Translations under genes and position numbers: made by a program
Origin: a virus
Lineage: Duplodnaviria > Caudoviricetes
Length of the DNA stretch: 24,938 bases
Strand: one strand, 5' to 3'
Virus record (IMG/VR): IMGVR_UViG_3300012352_000054
Span: 1 to 24,938 of that record
The notes under the pieces: generated by a model
The model's database searches: none
Told to the model about the DNA's origin: nothing
The model's input: the letters and a program-made list of their open reading frames with translations, nothing else
Shown: piece after piece, positions 8,901-17,640 of the stretch
How the letters are laid out: the number at the start of each line of letters is the position of its first letter
Position numbering within the stretch: position 1 is the stretch's first letter

Positions 8901-11900
8901 CAACGGTCTTGAGAACCAACTAAGAAAACTCGGTGCTGGCGAAGACATGATTTCTCTGATAGCAGGTATGCCAGCAGAGGAATTTGAAAAGCAAAAAAAC
9001 AAGTTGTTTACCATCAAGAATGGAAACATCACTGGTCTAAAGGATGCAGCAAAGTCTATTGGAGATGCTCTAAGATCAGTAGCCATTGGTGACTTTGTCA
9101 ATAAGCAACAGCAGGTTGCAGCAAACTTTAAGACTCAAACAGCAGCAGTAACCAAACTTGTTGCAGCAGGTCTAGATGCAGGACAGGCTTATGAGATTGT
9201 TCAGGATGCGACGGTAGCAGCAGCAATTGCAAACAAGCAACTATCGGATAAAGAACTTAAGACGATCGTAGCATCTGCAACAGCAGCAGCCAAGGCTATG
9301 AGATTGCTTGCTGCAGACACAGAACTTGCTAAGGCAGCAGCAGAACGAAAAGACAAGGGTGACCTACTTTCTTCGCTTGTCAAGAATAAGGCAGGTCTAG
9401 ACTCAGACCAAATTTCAACAGTGATGGGCAGCAAGTCTCTTCAGGAAAAGATTCTTCTAGATCCAAAGATGAGTCCCGAAGCACTCAAGAAACTAATTGC
9501 TGAAACTGCAAGCGACGCAGACCTAGAACTTACTATTAAGAGCCTCACTGCTGAGGGCAGCACAGAAATCTTCAACGGCATTTATGACAGAGCCATGGAA
9601 TGGTTTGCACGTGAAGAAAATGCTATTCAACTAAAGTTTGAGGCAGACACCAAGGCAGACAACGACATCATTAAGTCTGCTGAAGATAAGATTGCAAGAA
9701 TTGATTACCTCATGGATGACTATGAGGCTGGACTACAAGACATTGAAGAGCAAGAGACAAAGATTAACGAGTCTTACGATAAGACTATCGAGGCTCTTGA
9801 AAAGGTTAAGGACGCAAACCAGGAAATCCTTTCTTTGCAGAAGAGCCAACTTGGAGTTGCAGAAGCACTTACCCAGGGTGACATCGCTTCTGCTGCACGT
9901 GCTGCACAGGAATACTCTCAGCAAGAAGCCACGGTAGCCCTAGAGCAACAGAGAAAGGCTATCGAGGCACAGCGTCAGGCAGACCTTGGTGCAATAAGTA
10001 CCGTTGCAACTATCGATGGTGTCAAGCAGACTCTAACCAGAGAGCAAATTGAAAAGCAAATTGCAGGGTACAAGAAGCAAATATTTGATCTAGAAGAAAA
10101 GAGCATTGAGCCAGCACGTGAACGTGTACGTCAAGCAACTATTCTTAGAGACAATGCTGTAGAGCAACTAAGGCTAGACGGTAAAAGCAAAACTGACTGG
10201 CAAACTATTGCAAGTGAAGTAGGTCTTGCCGAAGTAAACAGCACAAAGTATCTTGCCTCTGTCGGAAACGTTGAAGGAATTGTTAATGGCATTAAGGAAA
10301 AGTGGGCAGAAGTAAATGGTAAAACATACTCAACAACCTATGACATTATTCAGAACACCATTAAGAAGGTTACTGGAGATACAGCAGCACAACTTCCTGG
10401 TGCAAAAGTAACTGCAACAGACACAGTTAAGACAACTGGATCTGCAGGTGCAGGAAGTGGTAGCGGTGGAGGATCTTCATCTTCAACTTCGCCATCGGCA
10501 ACATCAGGAATGTCTTCAGTAACAATGCCAGGTGGTGGCGGAGGAACAGTAAAGCCACCAAAGGCAGAGCCAAATTGGTGGGACACTGCTATTGGAAGCG
10601 TGGGAACCTGGCTATCAGAACAGTGGACCAGCATGTCTACTTGGTTTGGAGAACTGGGTGGTAAGATAGGAACAGCAGCAGCAGATATCTGGTCTGGAAT
10701 CAAAGACATCGGTGCCTGGCTGGGAGAGCAGTGGACAAAGTTCACAACATGGCTAGGAGAACTTGGAACAAATATTGGTACCACAGCAGGAAATATTTGG
10801 TCGGGAATCCAAAGCATCCCTGGTTGGCTAGAAGAGCAGTGGACAAAGTTTACTACATGGCTTTCAGAGTTGCCTTATAACATTGGATATGCTGCAGGTT
10901 ATATATGGGGTCAACTACAGAATCTTGGAGACTGGCTAGCAGAACAATGGGAAAAATTCAAAACTTGGCTAACCGTAGATCTACCAACTGCAATTGGAGA
11001 GTGGGGTGCCAGTGTATGGCAAGGCATGCAGGACGTTGGTGCCTGGCTAGCAACTCAATGGGAGAACTTTAAGACCTGGTTGACGGTCACTCTTCCAACT
11101 GCAATCGGAGAGTGGGGTGCTAGTGTCTGGCAGGGAATGCAGGATGTTGGTGCTTGGTTGGCAACTCAATGGGAAAACTTCAAAACCTGGCTAACAGTTA
11201 CGCTTCCGAATGCAATTAAAACTTGGGCAGCAACCATCTGGTCAAACATTCAGGCTATTGGTCCTTGGCTAACAGAGCAATGGAATAAGTTTAAGACTTG
11301 GTTCACAGTAGATCTTCCAAATGGAATAAAGAAGTGGGCTTCAGATCTTTGGAATGGGATTCAAGACTTTGGAAAATTCCTTGGAGATAAGGCTGAGGAC
11401 CTAAAGAACTGGATCACAAGTCTTCCAGCCAAGATTGCCAACTGGGCAAAGGGCATCTGGGATGGTTTCTGGGGAGGTCTTGCCAGCGGCTGGGATGATT
11501 TTGTACGTGGATTTACTCAGGGTAACAAGGATGCAAGAGATAAGAACGATAAAAACAATGGTGGAGTAATCCGCAGAAGCGTTGGTGGTGGGGTTCCAGG
11601 TATTGGAAATGGCGATGTTGTTAGTGCTATGCTTACTCCAGGAGAGTACGTTATCCGCAAGGAGGCTGTCAACAAGTACGGTCTAGACATGATGTCTAAG
11701 ATTAATGCTGGTCAGTTTAAGTTGCCAACTCTGAGAGATCCACAGTTTGCAGTTGATGACATGTCTGTATCAACCAAATCAGGCGTAGCACAGACAAGCA
11801 ATTCAGTGTATAATAATTATAACCTAAACGTAAATGTCAAGTCAGACGCTAACGCAGACGATATTGCAAGAACAGTAATGACTCAGATTAGACAGGTTAA

Positions 11901-11931
11901 CTCGCAGCAGATAAGAGGAGTAAGACTTTAA
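2950..11931 (+). CDS. Tape measure protein (2993 aa)
   Basis: Ala/Gly/Lys-rich helical protein; TP901-like core motifs (EATRLAVLG, FLNAVENQT, LTAMKEGGINASEGANALKS, IEQLFGK); hydrophobic segments; Trp-periodic repeats; position after chaperones. Confidence 0.95.
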   Translation: MAEEVQSNIRINIDSAAALANLKNLQRQISAFHSSMAKGSATAAAQSAQLQQSLINSINATGKFSASMKTVKTSTESFTEALEKNKMSMGQYFKYAGASTKTFGKLFSSEFNTIEKVARERVKTLQTQYIKMGRDANGAMKAISVRPLALDMDNLATKTAIAAQKQQILNQLLKQGSTNLLNFGKNTQWAGRQLMVGFTIPLTMLGSVAAKTFMQLEEQAIRFKRVYGEIFTSTEETDAMVGQIQLLAKEFTKYGVSVEKTMKLAADAAASGKMGADLLAQVSEATRLAVLGGVEQEQALETTISLTNAFGTAAEDLAGKINFLNAVENQTVTSIEDLTIAIPKAGPVVQQLGGDVEDLAFFLTAMKEGGINASEGANALKSGLASMINPTAKASEFLMGFGVNLKGIVEANKGNVKGTVVEFAKALDTLDPLNRARAIEQLFGKFQFARLSTLFKNVVQEGTQASRVLSLANATTEELAILSEREMKRIEDSPMYKFKKAIEDIKVSLAPVGEAFLKAVTPVIEFGSKILEKFNNLDEGARSFIIGLTAVVAGLGPVLIMTFGLLANGVANIIKGFTAVRNIFQKTGQKSGELGSQTEYMTQQQLEAAAVAASLDQVHSRLIQTFTSEASAVGQLAASYEQALLAQSRFSGAGAISRTRPGGTPKQYNSGVVMVPGKGNKDTVAAMLTPGEAIIPKEMAKKYAPLIQGMVAGNLPGYNDGLLGAAMSKSGSANTEGFKAWFSRELDMIAKAEKSVQESVTRELTAFISEAKTVTERSIKDFLNKGNSTGQNLRPQYYAKSAANSGPQFAHVKDSQTVGAQEFLDSNPNLQEGHRQRLTALAKAIPGMTVQAGSGLGFAQSQTLNKGMSGGGSVSKADFLADFDKRGIQKWSQSVNYAELQMSEVADELKIYDAELSRRVQALSTDTINQKQFTQIEAEVRRDLAGKFPTVAKAFDELASGTYDLRYTISKAEAKAAGFTISDDGKFATTQNGDQVKIGRYRDNERNGRKGRRISDYGQDPADVKEAGKAGEKAAQAYVDGERKVAAKEENDLVNLSRSKKRNSPHPQASIDGADDAKAYNAARAGVAGKTPQSGAQPKTKAQLAQESRTRLYGSGPVDAQQKSLRRQSEKLLQEEERLLKQKERLIKASKRNLYQTEGQVTQAMRWERKAREAKAKLLAQQQAQAAREAAILAQESNVVKKQGFLNKIHASAIAAKDRLLNRERIQKLKETATSRGGGLGKVGMAASSLAMVGSMMPGKVGETSQKLMGFTFALSAASSIIELVPGKFKVLALGIAAITAAIVYAVTSFNKAQDEALAFGEAMGSGTKNIQELSKAAGKVSAGEVMDRRRKDAFKVMPIQTGKKTFGESFMEMDAGKGMLSNVKKAISTGGTKEAMASMAEQLQTAVISGAMSVDQAKSVAANVAEALGDRSFGLNVIAQITDLVGPNGEKLDKDPLGVSMKLVQQNVDQTSASSAGLIKSGAVSLKDVGSITAGVLGGAAAGAVIGRVVGSVAGGVAGAVGLGAAGTVVPGAGNVAGGAAGAAGGAAAGGSIGQVVGAVSGGIAGGIASYAGRGQRIAAATGAAVASDKIALEQNQQILDSFDLQYEKKINELRVQGKINEAVALENRYYAEREKLVAGISQTKQQILDSLSGLEGDVKNAYMSGLDKATKKKYKGTMFEDMVPLAQQSIDDSGMSDEQKALLKVELMTGAIDPMQMIKFFEMFNEPGTLQKGMELVARFGGKFASSSMQILNSFVDKNGKPIKSLQTKYIQQITAKTDKDAAEFQDFFNKIAGFQNIVDVDVVASYLLKNPAAQQALENTIEQINKKNGKLSLTADAKIIGADALAVLNQEAAYFDGLTEQEQKTLVAAIKTQFSIEGTKEAQDAFKAWQAQGNKGSYADMAMSEGKRLIKDQKDSSVALDSGTPETTGGGGGGPQASSLDDLIKKIRDVRKASTELTVGWGESMTAINKLFGGNKSLTLFNGLENQLRKLGAGEDMISLIAGMPAEEFEKQKNKLFTIKNGNITGLKDAAKSIGDALRSVAIGDFVNKQQQVAANFKTQTAAVTKLVAAGLDAGQAYEIVQDATVAAAIANKQLSDKELKTIVASATAAAKAMRLLAADTELAKAAAERKDKGDLLSSLVKNKAGLDSDQISTVMGSKSLQEKILLDPKMSPEALKKLIAETASDADLELTIKSLTAEGSTEIFNGIYDRAMEWFAREENAIQLKFEADTKADNDIIKSAEDKIARIDYLMDDYEAGLQDIEEQETKINESYDKTIEALEKVKDANQEILSLQKSQLGVAEALTQGDIASAARAAQEYSQQEATVALEQQRKAIEAQRQADLGAISTVATIDGVKQTLTREQIEKQIAGYKKQIFDLEEKSIEPARERVRQATILRDNAVEQLRLDGKSKTDWQTIASEVGLAEVNSTKYLASVGNVEGIVNGIKEKWAEVNGKTYSTTYDIIQNTIKKVTGDTAAQLPGAKVTATDTVKTTGSAGAGSGSGGGSSSSTSPSATSGMSSVTMPGGGGGTVKPPKAEPNWWDTAIGSVGTWLSEQWTSMSTWFGELGGKIGTAAADIWSGIKDIGAWLGEQWTKFTTWLGELGTNIGTTAGNIWSGIQSIPGWLEEQWTKFTTWLSELPYNIGYAAGYIWGQLQNLGDWLAEQWEKFKTWLTVDLPTAIGEWGASVWQGMQDVGAWLATQWENFKTWLTVTLPTAIGEWGASVWQGMQDVGAWLATQWENFKTWLTVTLPNAIKTWAATIWSNIQAIGPWLTEQWNKFKTWFTVDLPNGIKKWASDLWNGIQDFGKFLGDKAEDLKNWITSLPAKIANWAKGIWDGFWGGLASGWDDFVRGFTQGNKDARDKNDKNNGGVIRRSVGGGVPGIGNGDVVSAMLTPGEYVIRKEAVNKYGLDMMSKINAGQFKLPTLRDPQFAVDDMSVSTKSGVAQTSNSVYNNYNLNVNVKSDANADDIARTVMTQIRQVNSQQIRGVRL
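10609..11475 (+). repeat. About 8 tandem Trp-rich 36/37-aa repeats in the tape measure C-terminus
   Basis: Recurring WLxEQWxxFxTWL core: three 36-aa periods then 37-aa periods; units 10981-11091 and 11092-11202 are identical in protein. Confidence 0.9.
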
Positions 11932-12536
11932 TGGCAGACGCAACATACATGAGCGGTAGACAGAAGTATGCTCGTCCACAGGCAGTCCTATTTGCAGATA
12001 ATCCTGGAGTTATTCTTGAGAATGGAAAGCGTGTCCCAGACGGATATGAGATCGGCTCTGAGCAATCTTCTGGAGAAACTTTTGTCATCCTGTCTGACCA
12101 CAATAGAGGTCCGATCGAAGCAAAGATTACAAGAATAGAAAAGCGTGAGCGTATGGTCAATGGTCGAATGAGATCATACCACATTGCTGACAAACTATCA
12201 ATTACTCTTTCATGGTCAATGTTACCATCAAGATCTTTTTCAGCAAGTCCAGAATTTGACGAAACTGGAACCAAGCAATATGGAGACCAATATACTGCAG
12301 ATGGTGGAGCAGGTGGAGCAGAGTTGCTAGATTGGTACGAGAACAACACTGGTTCATTTTGGGTATACCTTGCGTACGATAAGCCAGACAACTTTTCTTC
12401 AAGCAAATATTCAAGACTGTCGGAGTATAACCAGGTAGTCGAGATGTTCTTTTCTGACTTCTCCTACTCTGTGCAAAAGCGAGGCGGTAGCAACCACGAC
12501 CTATGGAATGTAAGTCTAACGCTGGAAGAGGTTTAA
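11931..12536 (+). CDS. Distal tail (Dit)-like minor tail protein
   Basis: 201 aa directly after tape measure (TAATG overlap); RMVNGRMR, ITLSW and terminal WNVSLTLEEV resemble proteins at this locus in siphoviruses. Confidence 0.65.
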   Translation: MADATYMSGRQKYARPQAVLFADNPGVILENGKRVPDGYEIGSEQSSGETFVILSDHNRGPIEAKITRIEKRERMVNGRMRSYHIADKLSITLSWSMLPSRSFSASPEFDETGTKQYGDQYTADGGAGGAELLDWYENNTGSFWVYLAYDKPDNFSSSKYSRLSEYNQVVEMFFSDFSYSVQKRGGSNHDLWNVSLTLEEV

Positions 12537-15500
12537 ATGTTCTTTGATGTAAACCTTCAAAATCACCTAGAGCAAAGTTCTTCTGTAAAACTAAAATCAC
12601 TAGTTACAGCAGAATGGAACATGAACATTCCAGGAAACATCTCTGTGGCTGGAAACTATCGGTACAGACCAACAGACAGTGGTTCGCCACACAACCCAAT
12701 AGACTCTACATTCGACCCATCGGATGCCAACCTAGAAATTAAGCAGTACACAGGTGCTACCGAGGCAGACATAACTATCGACGGTGGCTTTGAAGACTAC
12801 TTGGATCCAGAAGGCAACAAGGTCCCAGTACTATTCCTTTCTACAAAAGAAAAAGAAAAGTTGCTATACTCTCTAGAAGATTGTTTTGGAAAGTTCAGAC
12901 CAAGATCTGGAATTAATAAGGCTAAGTTTTTGAATGGAGTTAACCTCCACCACACCAATTCAGACATGTCTAACAGACCAAGATTCTACATGTCTTCAAA
13001 AAACGACATCTTCAAATACTGGTCTTCATACAGAACAGAGTCGTCAATCGCTAACTCATCTATCAATATAGATCGTGGAATAGCAAACCAGAACATCAAT
13101 GGTAAGTTTTATATTGACGATGCAGCACCATTCGTGGTCTATAAAGACGCTGTCCCAGCAAACAGGATTGTTGTGAAGATGCAGACTGGGGTTGGAACGG
13201 TAGACCTAGGACCATTTCAAAATGAATCTGGATCTTTTCCAGACCCAATGTTTGGATACGAAAACCAGAAGACCCCAGTAAGATGGAAGATCCAATATCT
13301 GACAAACAATACTTGGTACGATGCAATCCAGTTTGACGAAACGTCAAGAAGGCTAGATGGCTCTTACCCAATTGGACCAGACGGTCACGTAGAACTTGCA
13401 TACGGACCAATCATTCCAGATCAATACAGACGCTCATTCAAGTACGTTGGTGAAATATACGATGAATCATTGTTGCCAGCAAACGAGTTCTTGGGTAATG
13501 CCTACCTAGTAAAAAGTTCTGTAAATGACATTGGAACATTCTTTATAATGACTCCTTCTGGCTACAAGCAGTTCGCTGCAAGGTATGGCTGGTATCTAAA
13601 TGAAGACAACATCACAAACAATACTGCTTTTGTGTCTAAGTTATCATCGCCACAGAAATATACAACCACCACAAACTCTGCAAAGTATAGAGAGTTTGAG
13701 ATGATTCGTGGTATCCGTGTCGTTGCAGAAACAATGAACGTTCAGTATGCCACGCTAGACATTATTGAGATATCGCCAAGACTAACAGCAGACATCAGCG
13801 ACATGATTACAGACTTTGACATCAAGAAGTCAGCATCTGATATTGGTATTAGCGGTATGCCTGTGGGGCAGTTGCTAGCGTCTACTGGATCTATCGGAAT
13901 GTTCGACCCTGAACAAATCTTTAATGAAAACAATTCAGACAGCATTATCTCTGGATACCAGTATGACAACATCAAGTTTTCATTCTACGAGATCGTTGAG
14001 GATGTTGAGACAGACTCTGGGCTGTCAGATTTCTACGTGCCAATCAAGACAATGTACTCTGAGTCAAAGCCAGACTTCTCTAGCAAGGACAGAACCGTAA
14101 AGGTATCCATTAGAGACTTGTTCTTTTACCTGGAGTCAATCAAGGCACCAGAACTGCTAATTCAAAATGCATCAGTAAGTTATGCTACCAGCCTTGTGCT
14201 AGACTCTATCGGATTCTCAAACTACTCGTTCCTAAAGACAGCAGATGAACAGGAAACAATCATTCCGTTTTTCTTTGTTGCTCCTAACCAGACTGTGGCA
14301 GAAGTTCTCCAAAACATAGCGGTGTCAACCCAGACAGCCATGTTCTTTGACGAGTACAATAACTTTATAATGATGAGCAAAAACTACATTATGCCAACAG
14401 AAGATGACAGGGCAACAGATGCTGTTGTTTCTGGAAGCATGGATCAGACCAGCAGTGGTGTTGTCAAAAATCAGGGAACATCTCAGAAACTTTCAAACAT
14501 TATCGACATAGCCTCATCAGACAGCACAGTGTATAACGCAGGAAAGATAACCTATACTACACGCTATATTCAAAGGGCTATGGGATCTCTCAGACAAGCA
14601 ATGCTAACAGACAAAGACAGAACCTGGATTTATCAGCCAGCATTGCTTTGGCAGGTATCTGCTTCTGGGAACGTAAAGTCAATCAATGAGAAGACCTCGG
14701 ACCAGTCTGCATATGTTCTATCAGCAATCCCAATAAATAGCACTTTGACGGCAGAGGTCCCAAAGGTTGTAAACAGACAACTAACCAACAACATTCTTGA
14801 TTTCGGAGAAGCCATCCAGTGGCTAGGAAGATACAGCGGATACTTCTACGCAAATGGAGAAGTAATCCGATACGATGCAATTGAGTATAGCGTACCTGGA
14901 GTTGTAGATGGTAACGTATGGATAACGAATCTACAAGAGTACCAAAACTATTTCTCTAAACTTCCGTTCAATGGCAAGATGTATCCGACTGGTCGTGTAA
15001 GAATTTTTGCTATTCCAAACTATGAGGTGCTTCCAAATGGAACAACTGCTATGGTAAGTGGAGATGTCGCAAAGCACGGTCGTGGTCAGTTTGGCACCCC
15101 TATAGTTGAGCACAGTTCTGGTCTGTCTAGTTATTGGTCAGACAATGCCAACGTAAAGGGCGTAGCCATGGACCCAGCACAACTATTCTATCAGGATGAT
15201 CGTATCGAAATCTCTGGAGCAGCATCATCTGGACAGTCAATTACTGTTGTCAGCACGGAGAATATTAAGGTGGGGCAAACGGTAGAAATCTCTTCTGGTC
15301 CTGGTGCGTTTGCTCCAGGTGCACTACCAAGAGTCCTGGCAATTACCGATGGAGAAGTTTTCACGGTAGATAAGACTATCTCTGTACCACTAAACAACAC
15401 CACAGTTGTTCTGTATACAAAGAGACAAGAGCCTTTCTATGGAAAGACAGGAACAACCTTCGATAAGGTGTCTAGCAATCTTTTTGCTCAGAAGACAACT

Positions 15501-17159
15501 AGAAATAGTATTGTAAAGAACTTTATGAGTTACTTCTCAAACAAGGAGTCAACCATAAACAACCTCAAGGTCACTGAGCCAGGAACAGTTCAGTCGTCTG
15601 CTCTAGTTATGAATGGACCAGCATTTGCAAATAACCAGAACCCAATCAGTTTTATTTCTTATGTACACAAACCACTAGCAAACAAGTTTAAGCACTTTGG
15701 AACTAGAATGAGAATTATTGGAAAGATTGAAGACAGCAAGACAAGGTCTCAAACTCCAGTTGGGGCAAACCCATACTACGAGATCAACCCGAAGCAGCCA
15801 GACAAGGATGTTGTTATCGGTGGATCCTCTGGCGGTCTAGCAATTTCTATTAATCCAGAAACCAATAACGGATACTACTTTGAGTTGATAAGCCTAACAG
15901 CAGCAGATGCAAATGCATACGCAGATGGAGACGGTGGAGCGATAAACAACATCTTGTTCTACAAACTATCAAAGCCTTCAGAGAACGCATTGCCAGGAGA
16001 TATAGCAGTCCCAATCAAACTATGGGGTGGCAACGCAGAAATCATATCAGACTCTGGAAGCCTAACAGGAAAGTCAAGACTTGCATCAGATAGCAAGATA
16101 ACTGTTTACGACCTGTCTGTTGAGTACGAGAACATTGGTTCAGCACTAAGATTCTACCTATATCTAAATGGAAGACTTCTCACAGTGGTTGACGACACTA
16201 GTCCAGAGTTGGGTCCAGACAACAAGATTGTTACCTACAATAACGTTGCACTATTCGTAAGAGGATCTGCCAGGGTAATGTTTGAAAATGTTTTTGCTAT
16301 TGCAAACAACTATAGCCAGAACACATCGTTTGGACTAGACACGCCAATCCACGAAATCTATGGAGACCCAGAGGTAGACGTCAGCGAGTCAATGAGAAAG
16401 TACGCCATGAGCGGAATGATCCAGTCAACATACCTATCTGGAATCAGTCCATCTGAGCCACCTAGGTACAACATATACTTTGAAGAGTTTGGAACCATCA
16501 TGCGTGAAGCAGCCTACTTTAACGTTAAGTATGACAAGGCATATCCAGCACTGTACGCACAATTGTCACCAACATTCAACAAGGTAAAGGGGTATTCCGT
16601 ATCTGGATTTACGGCAGGTGCATATGGAGCAGAGTTCTTGGTTTTCAATGCCACAGATACACAACTACTCCTAGACGACACCAGCGGAAACTACTTAAGA
16701 ATTCAGGGTGTCACCTTTACTCAAGAGTCGCAACACGAACTAACTGTAGACGAATACTTCTCAAACAATAGCGATTTCTCTGACCCACAGTTCGAGACAG
16801 ATGGAACAATTAGGTCTCCACTAAAGTACAAGGAAGCATATCAGGGCATAAAGTTTAGCAGAATGACAAGCGGAAAGAAAGAGTTTGCCATTGACCCACC
16901 ATATATTCAGTCTCAGGATGCAGCAACCAACCTTATGGAATGGCTGATATCAAAGACCATGAAGCCTAGAAAATCTGTTGGTGTTAAGATATTCGCAATG
17001 CCAACAATTCAACTTGGAGATGTTGTGTCTTTGGACTATGTCTCAGATAACGTAGAGCAGTTCTCTGCAGATGGAAAGAGGTTCGTGGTGTATAGTATTG
17101 AGTACAAGAGAAGCGGAGACGGACCAGAGATGACCGTTTACCTGAGCGAGGTAGTGTAA
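12537..17159 (+). CDS. Large tail tip / hub (Tal-like) minor tail protein (1540 aa)
   Basis: Beta-rich; hub-like segments (TVAEVLQNIAVSTQTAMFFDEYNNFIM; C-terminal PYIQSQDAA...PTIQLGDVVSL...FVVYSIEY); follows Dit-like gene. Confidence 0.75.
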   Translation: MFFDVNLQNHLEQSSSVKLKSLVTAEWNMNIPGNISVAGNYRYRPTDSGSPHNPIDSTFDPSDANLEIKQYTGATEADITIDGGFEDYLDPEGNKVPVLFLSTKEKEKLLYSLEDCFGKFRPRSGINKAKFLNGVNLHHTNSDMSNRPRFYMSSKNDIFKYWSSYRTESSIANSSINIDRGIANQNINGKFYIDDAAPFVVYKDAVPANRIVVKMQTGVGTVDLGPFQNESGSFPDPMFGYENQKTPVRWKIQYLTNNTWYDAIQFDETSRRLDGSYPIGPDGHVELAYGPIIPDQYRRSFKYVGEIYDESLLPANEFLGNAYLVKSSVNDIGTFFIMTPSGYKQFAARYGWYLNEDNITNNTAFVSKLSSPQKYTTTTNSAKYREFEMIRGIRVVAETMNVQYATLDIIEISPRLTADISDMITDFDIKKSASDIGISGMPVGQLLASTGSIGMFDPEQIFNENNSDSIISGYQYDNIKFSFYEIVEDVETDSGLSDFYVPIKTMYSESKPDFSSKDRTVKVSIRDLFFYLESIKAPELLIQNASVSYATSLVLDSIGFSNYSFLKTADEQETIIPFFFVAPNQTVAEVLQNIAVSTQTAMFFDEYNNFIMMSKNYIMPTEDDRATDAVVSGSMDQTSSGVVKNQGTSQKLSNIIDIASSDSTVYNAGKITYTTRYIQRAMGSLRQAMLTDKDRTWIYQPALLWQVSASGNVKSINEKTSDQSAYVLSAIPINSTLTAEVPKVVNRQLTNNILDFGEAIQWLGRYSGYFYANGEVIRYDAIEYSVPGVVDGNVWITNLQEYQNYFSKLPFNGKMYPTGRVRIFAIPNYEVLPNGTTAMVSGDVAKHGRGQFGTPIVEHSSGLSSYWSDNANVKGVAMDPAQLFYQDDRIEISGAASSGQSITVVSTENIKVGQTVEISSGPGAFAPGALPRVLAITDGEVFTVDKTISVPLNNTTVVLYTKRQEPFYGKTGTTFDKVSSNLFAQKTTRNSIVKNFMSYFSNKESTINNLKVTEPGTVQSSALVMNGPAFANNQNPISFISYVHKPLANKFKHFGTRMRIIGKIEDSKTRSQTPVGANPYYEINPKQPDKDVVIGGSSGGLAISINPETNNGYYFELISLTAADANAYADGDGGAINNILFYKLSKPSENALPGDIAVPIKLWGGNAEIISDSGSLTGKSRLASDSKITVYDLSVEYENIGSALRFYLYLNGRLLTVVDDTSPELGPDNKIVTYNNVALFVRGSARVMFENVFAIANNYSQNTSFGLDTPIHEIYGDPEVDVSESMRKYAMSGMIQSTYLSGISPSEPPRYNIYFEEFGTIMREAAYFNVKYDKAYPALYAQLSPTFNKVKGYSVSGFTAGAYGAEFLVFNATDTQLLLDDTSGNYLRIQGVTFTQESQHELTVDEYFSNNSDFSDPQFETDGTIRSPLKYKEAYQGIKFSRMTSGKKEFAIDPPYIQSQDAATNLMEWLISKTMKPRKSVGVKIFAMPTIQLGDVVSLDYVSDNVEQFSADGKRFVVYSIEYKRSGDGPEMTVYLSEVV

Positions 17160-17160
17160 A

Positions 17161-17631
17161 ATGGCAGGAGTTTCATCAACACCTAACGTACCAGAGTCAA
17201 CGCCTACAACGTCTAAGGGTGCCGTAAAGGTTGCAACCCCAGACGTAGTTCGTGCAGTTACAGATATTCCATACCCAGTAGAGGTAATGACAGCACTTGT
17301 GTTGGAGAATATCGGTGGGCAAGAACTAATCAACATTGCCAGAAGCGACACTATTAATGGTCAGAATGTTGTATACCAACCAATAAGCAATGCCAAGGAA
17401 CTATACACAGAGTATAACCCACAGAACATTATCTTCTTGCCAAATACATCAGACAAGTTTTTTAATAACTTTCCGATTAGGCTGGACGAAAAGGTTCCAC
17501 AGAGCATAACCGAGAACGTGTCTATCTCAGACGAGGGCATTCTGATCCAGTTAGCCAACATGCAGGGTGACGAGCAGGTAGAGGTACAAATTCTATCAAC
17601 TGGAGAACTTCTTAATGGTACAATATACTAA
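17161..17631 (+). CDS. Minor tail / virion structural hypothetical protein
   Basis: 156-aa ORF 1 nt after the hub gene; function from context only. Confidence 0.55.
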   Translation: MAGVSSTPNVPESTPTTSKGAVKVATPDVVRAVTDIPYPVEVMTALVLENIGGQELINIARSDTINGQNVVYQPISNAKELYTEYNPQNIIFLPNTSDKFFNNFPIRLDEKVPQSITENVSISDEGILIQLANMQGDEQVEVQILSTGELLNGTIY

Positions 17632-17636
17632 GGAGA
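17616..17636 (+). promoter_or_regulatory. Extended -10 promoter embedded in the 3' end of 17161..17631, with short SD leader
   Basis: TGgTACAAT (17616-17624) + ATACT + AAGGAG before ATG 17641; same pattern as 1859. Confidence 0.6.
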
Positions 17637-17640
17637 ATAC

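Noticed and set aside
3198-9000. In-frame A AAA AAC slippery-type heptamers at 3198-3204 and 8994-9000
   Set aside because: Inside the tape measure gene rather than the chaperone locus, no obvious stimulatory structure, and expected by chance in A-rich Lys-Asn codons.
10609-11475. DNA repeats as CRISPR array or DGR template/variable repeat
   Set aside because: Repeats are in-frame, without spacers, and differ at synonymous third positions, not specifically at adenines; no reverse transcriptase or cas gene in the window.
11806-11820. GTGTATAATAAT near the tape measure 3' end as an internal promoter
   Set aside because: Has TATAAT but TG is not at the extended -10 position, no -35, and it is explained by the VYNNY peptide; possible but unsupported.
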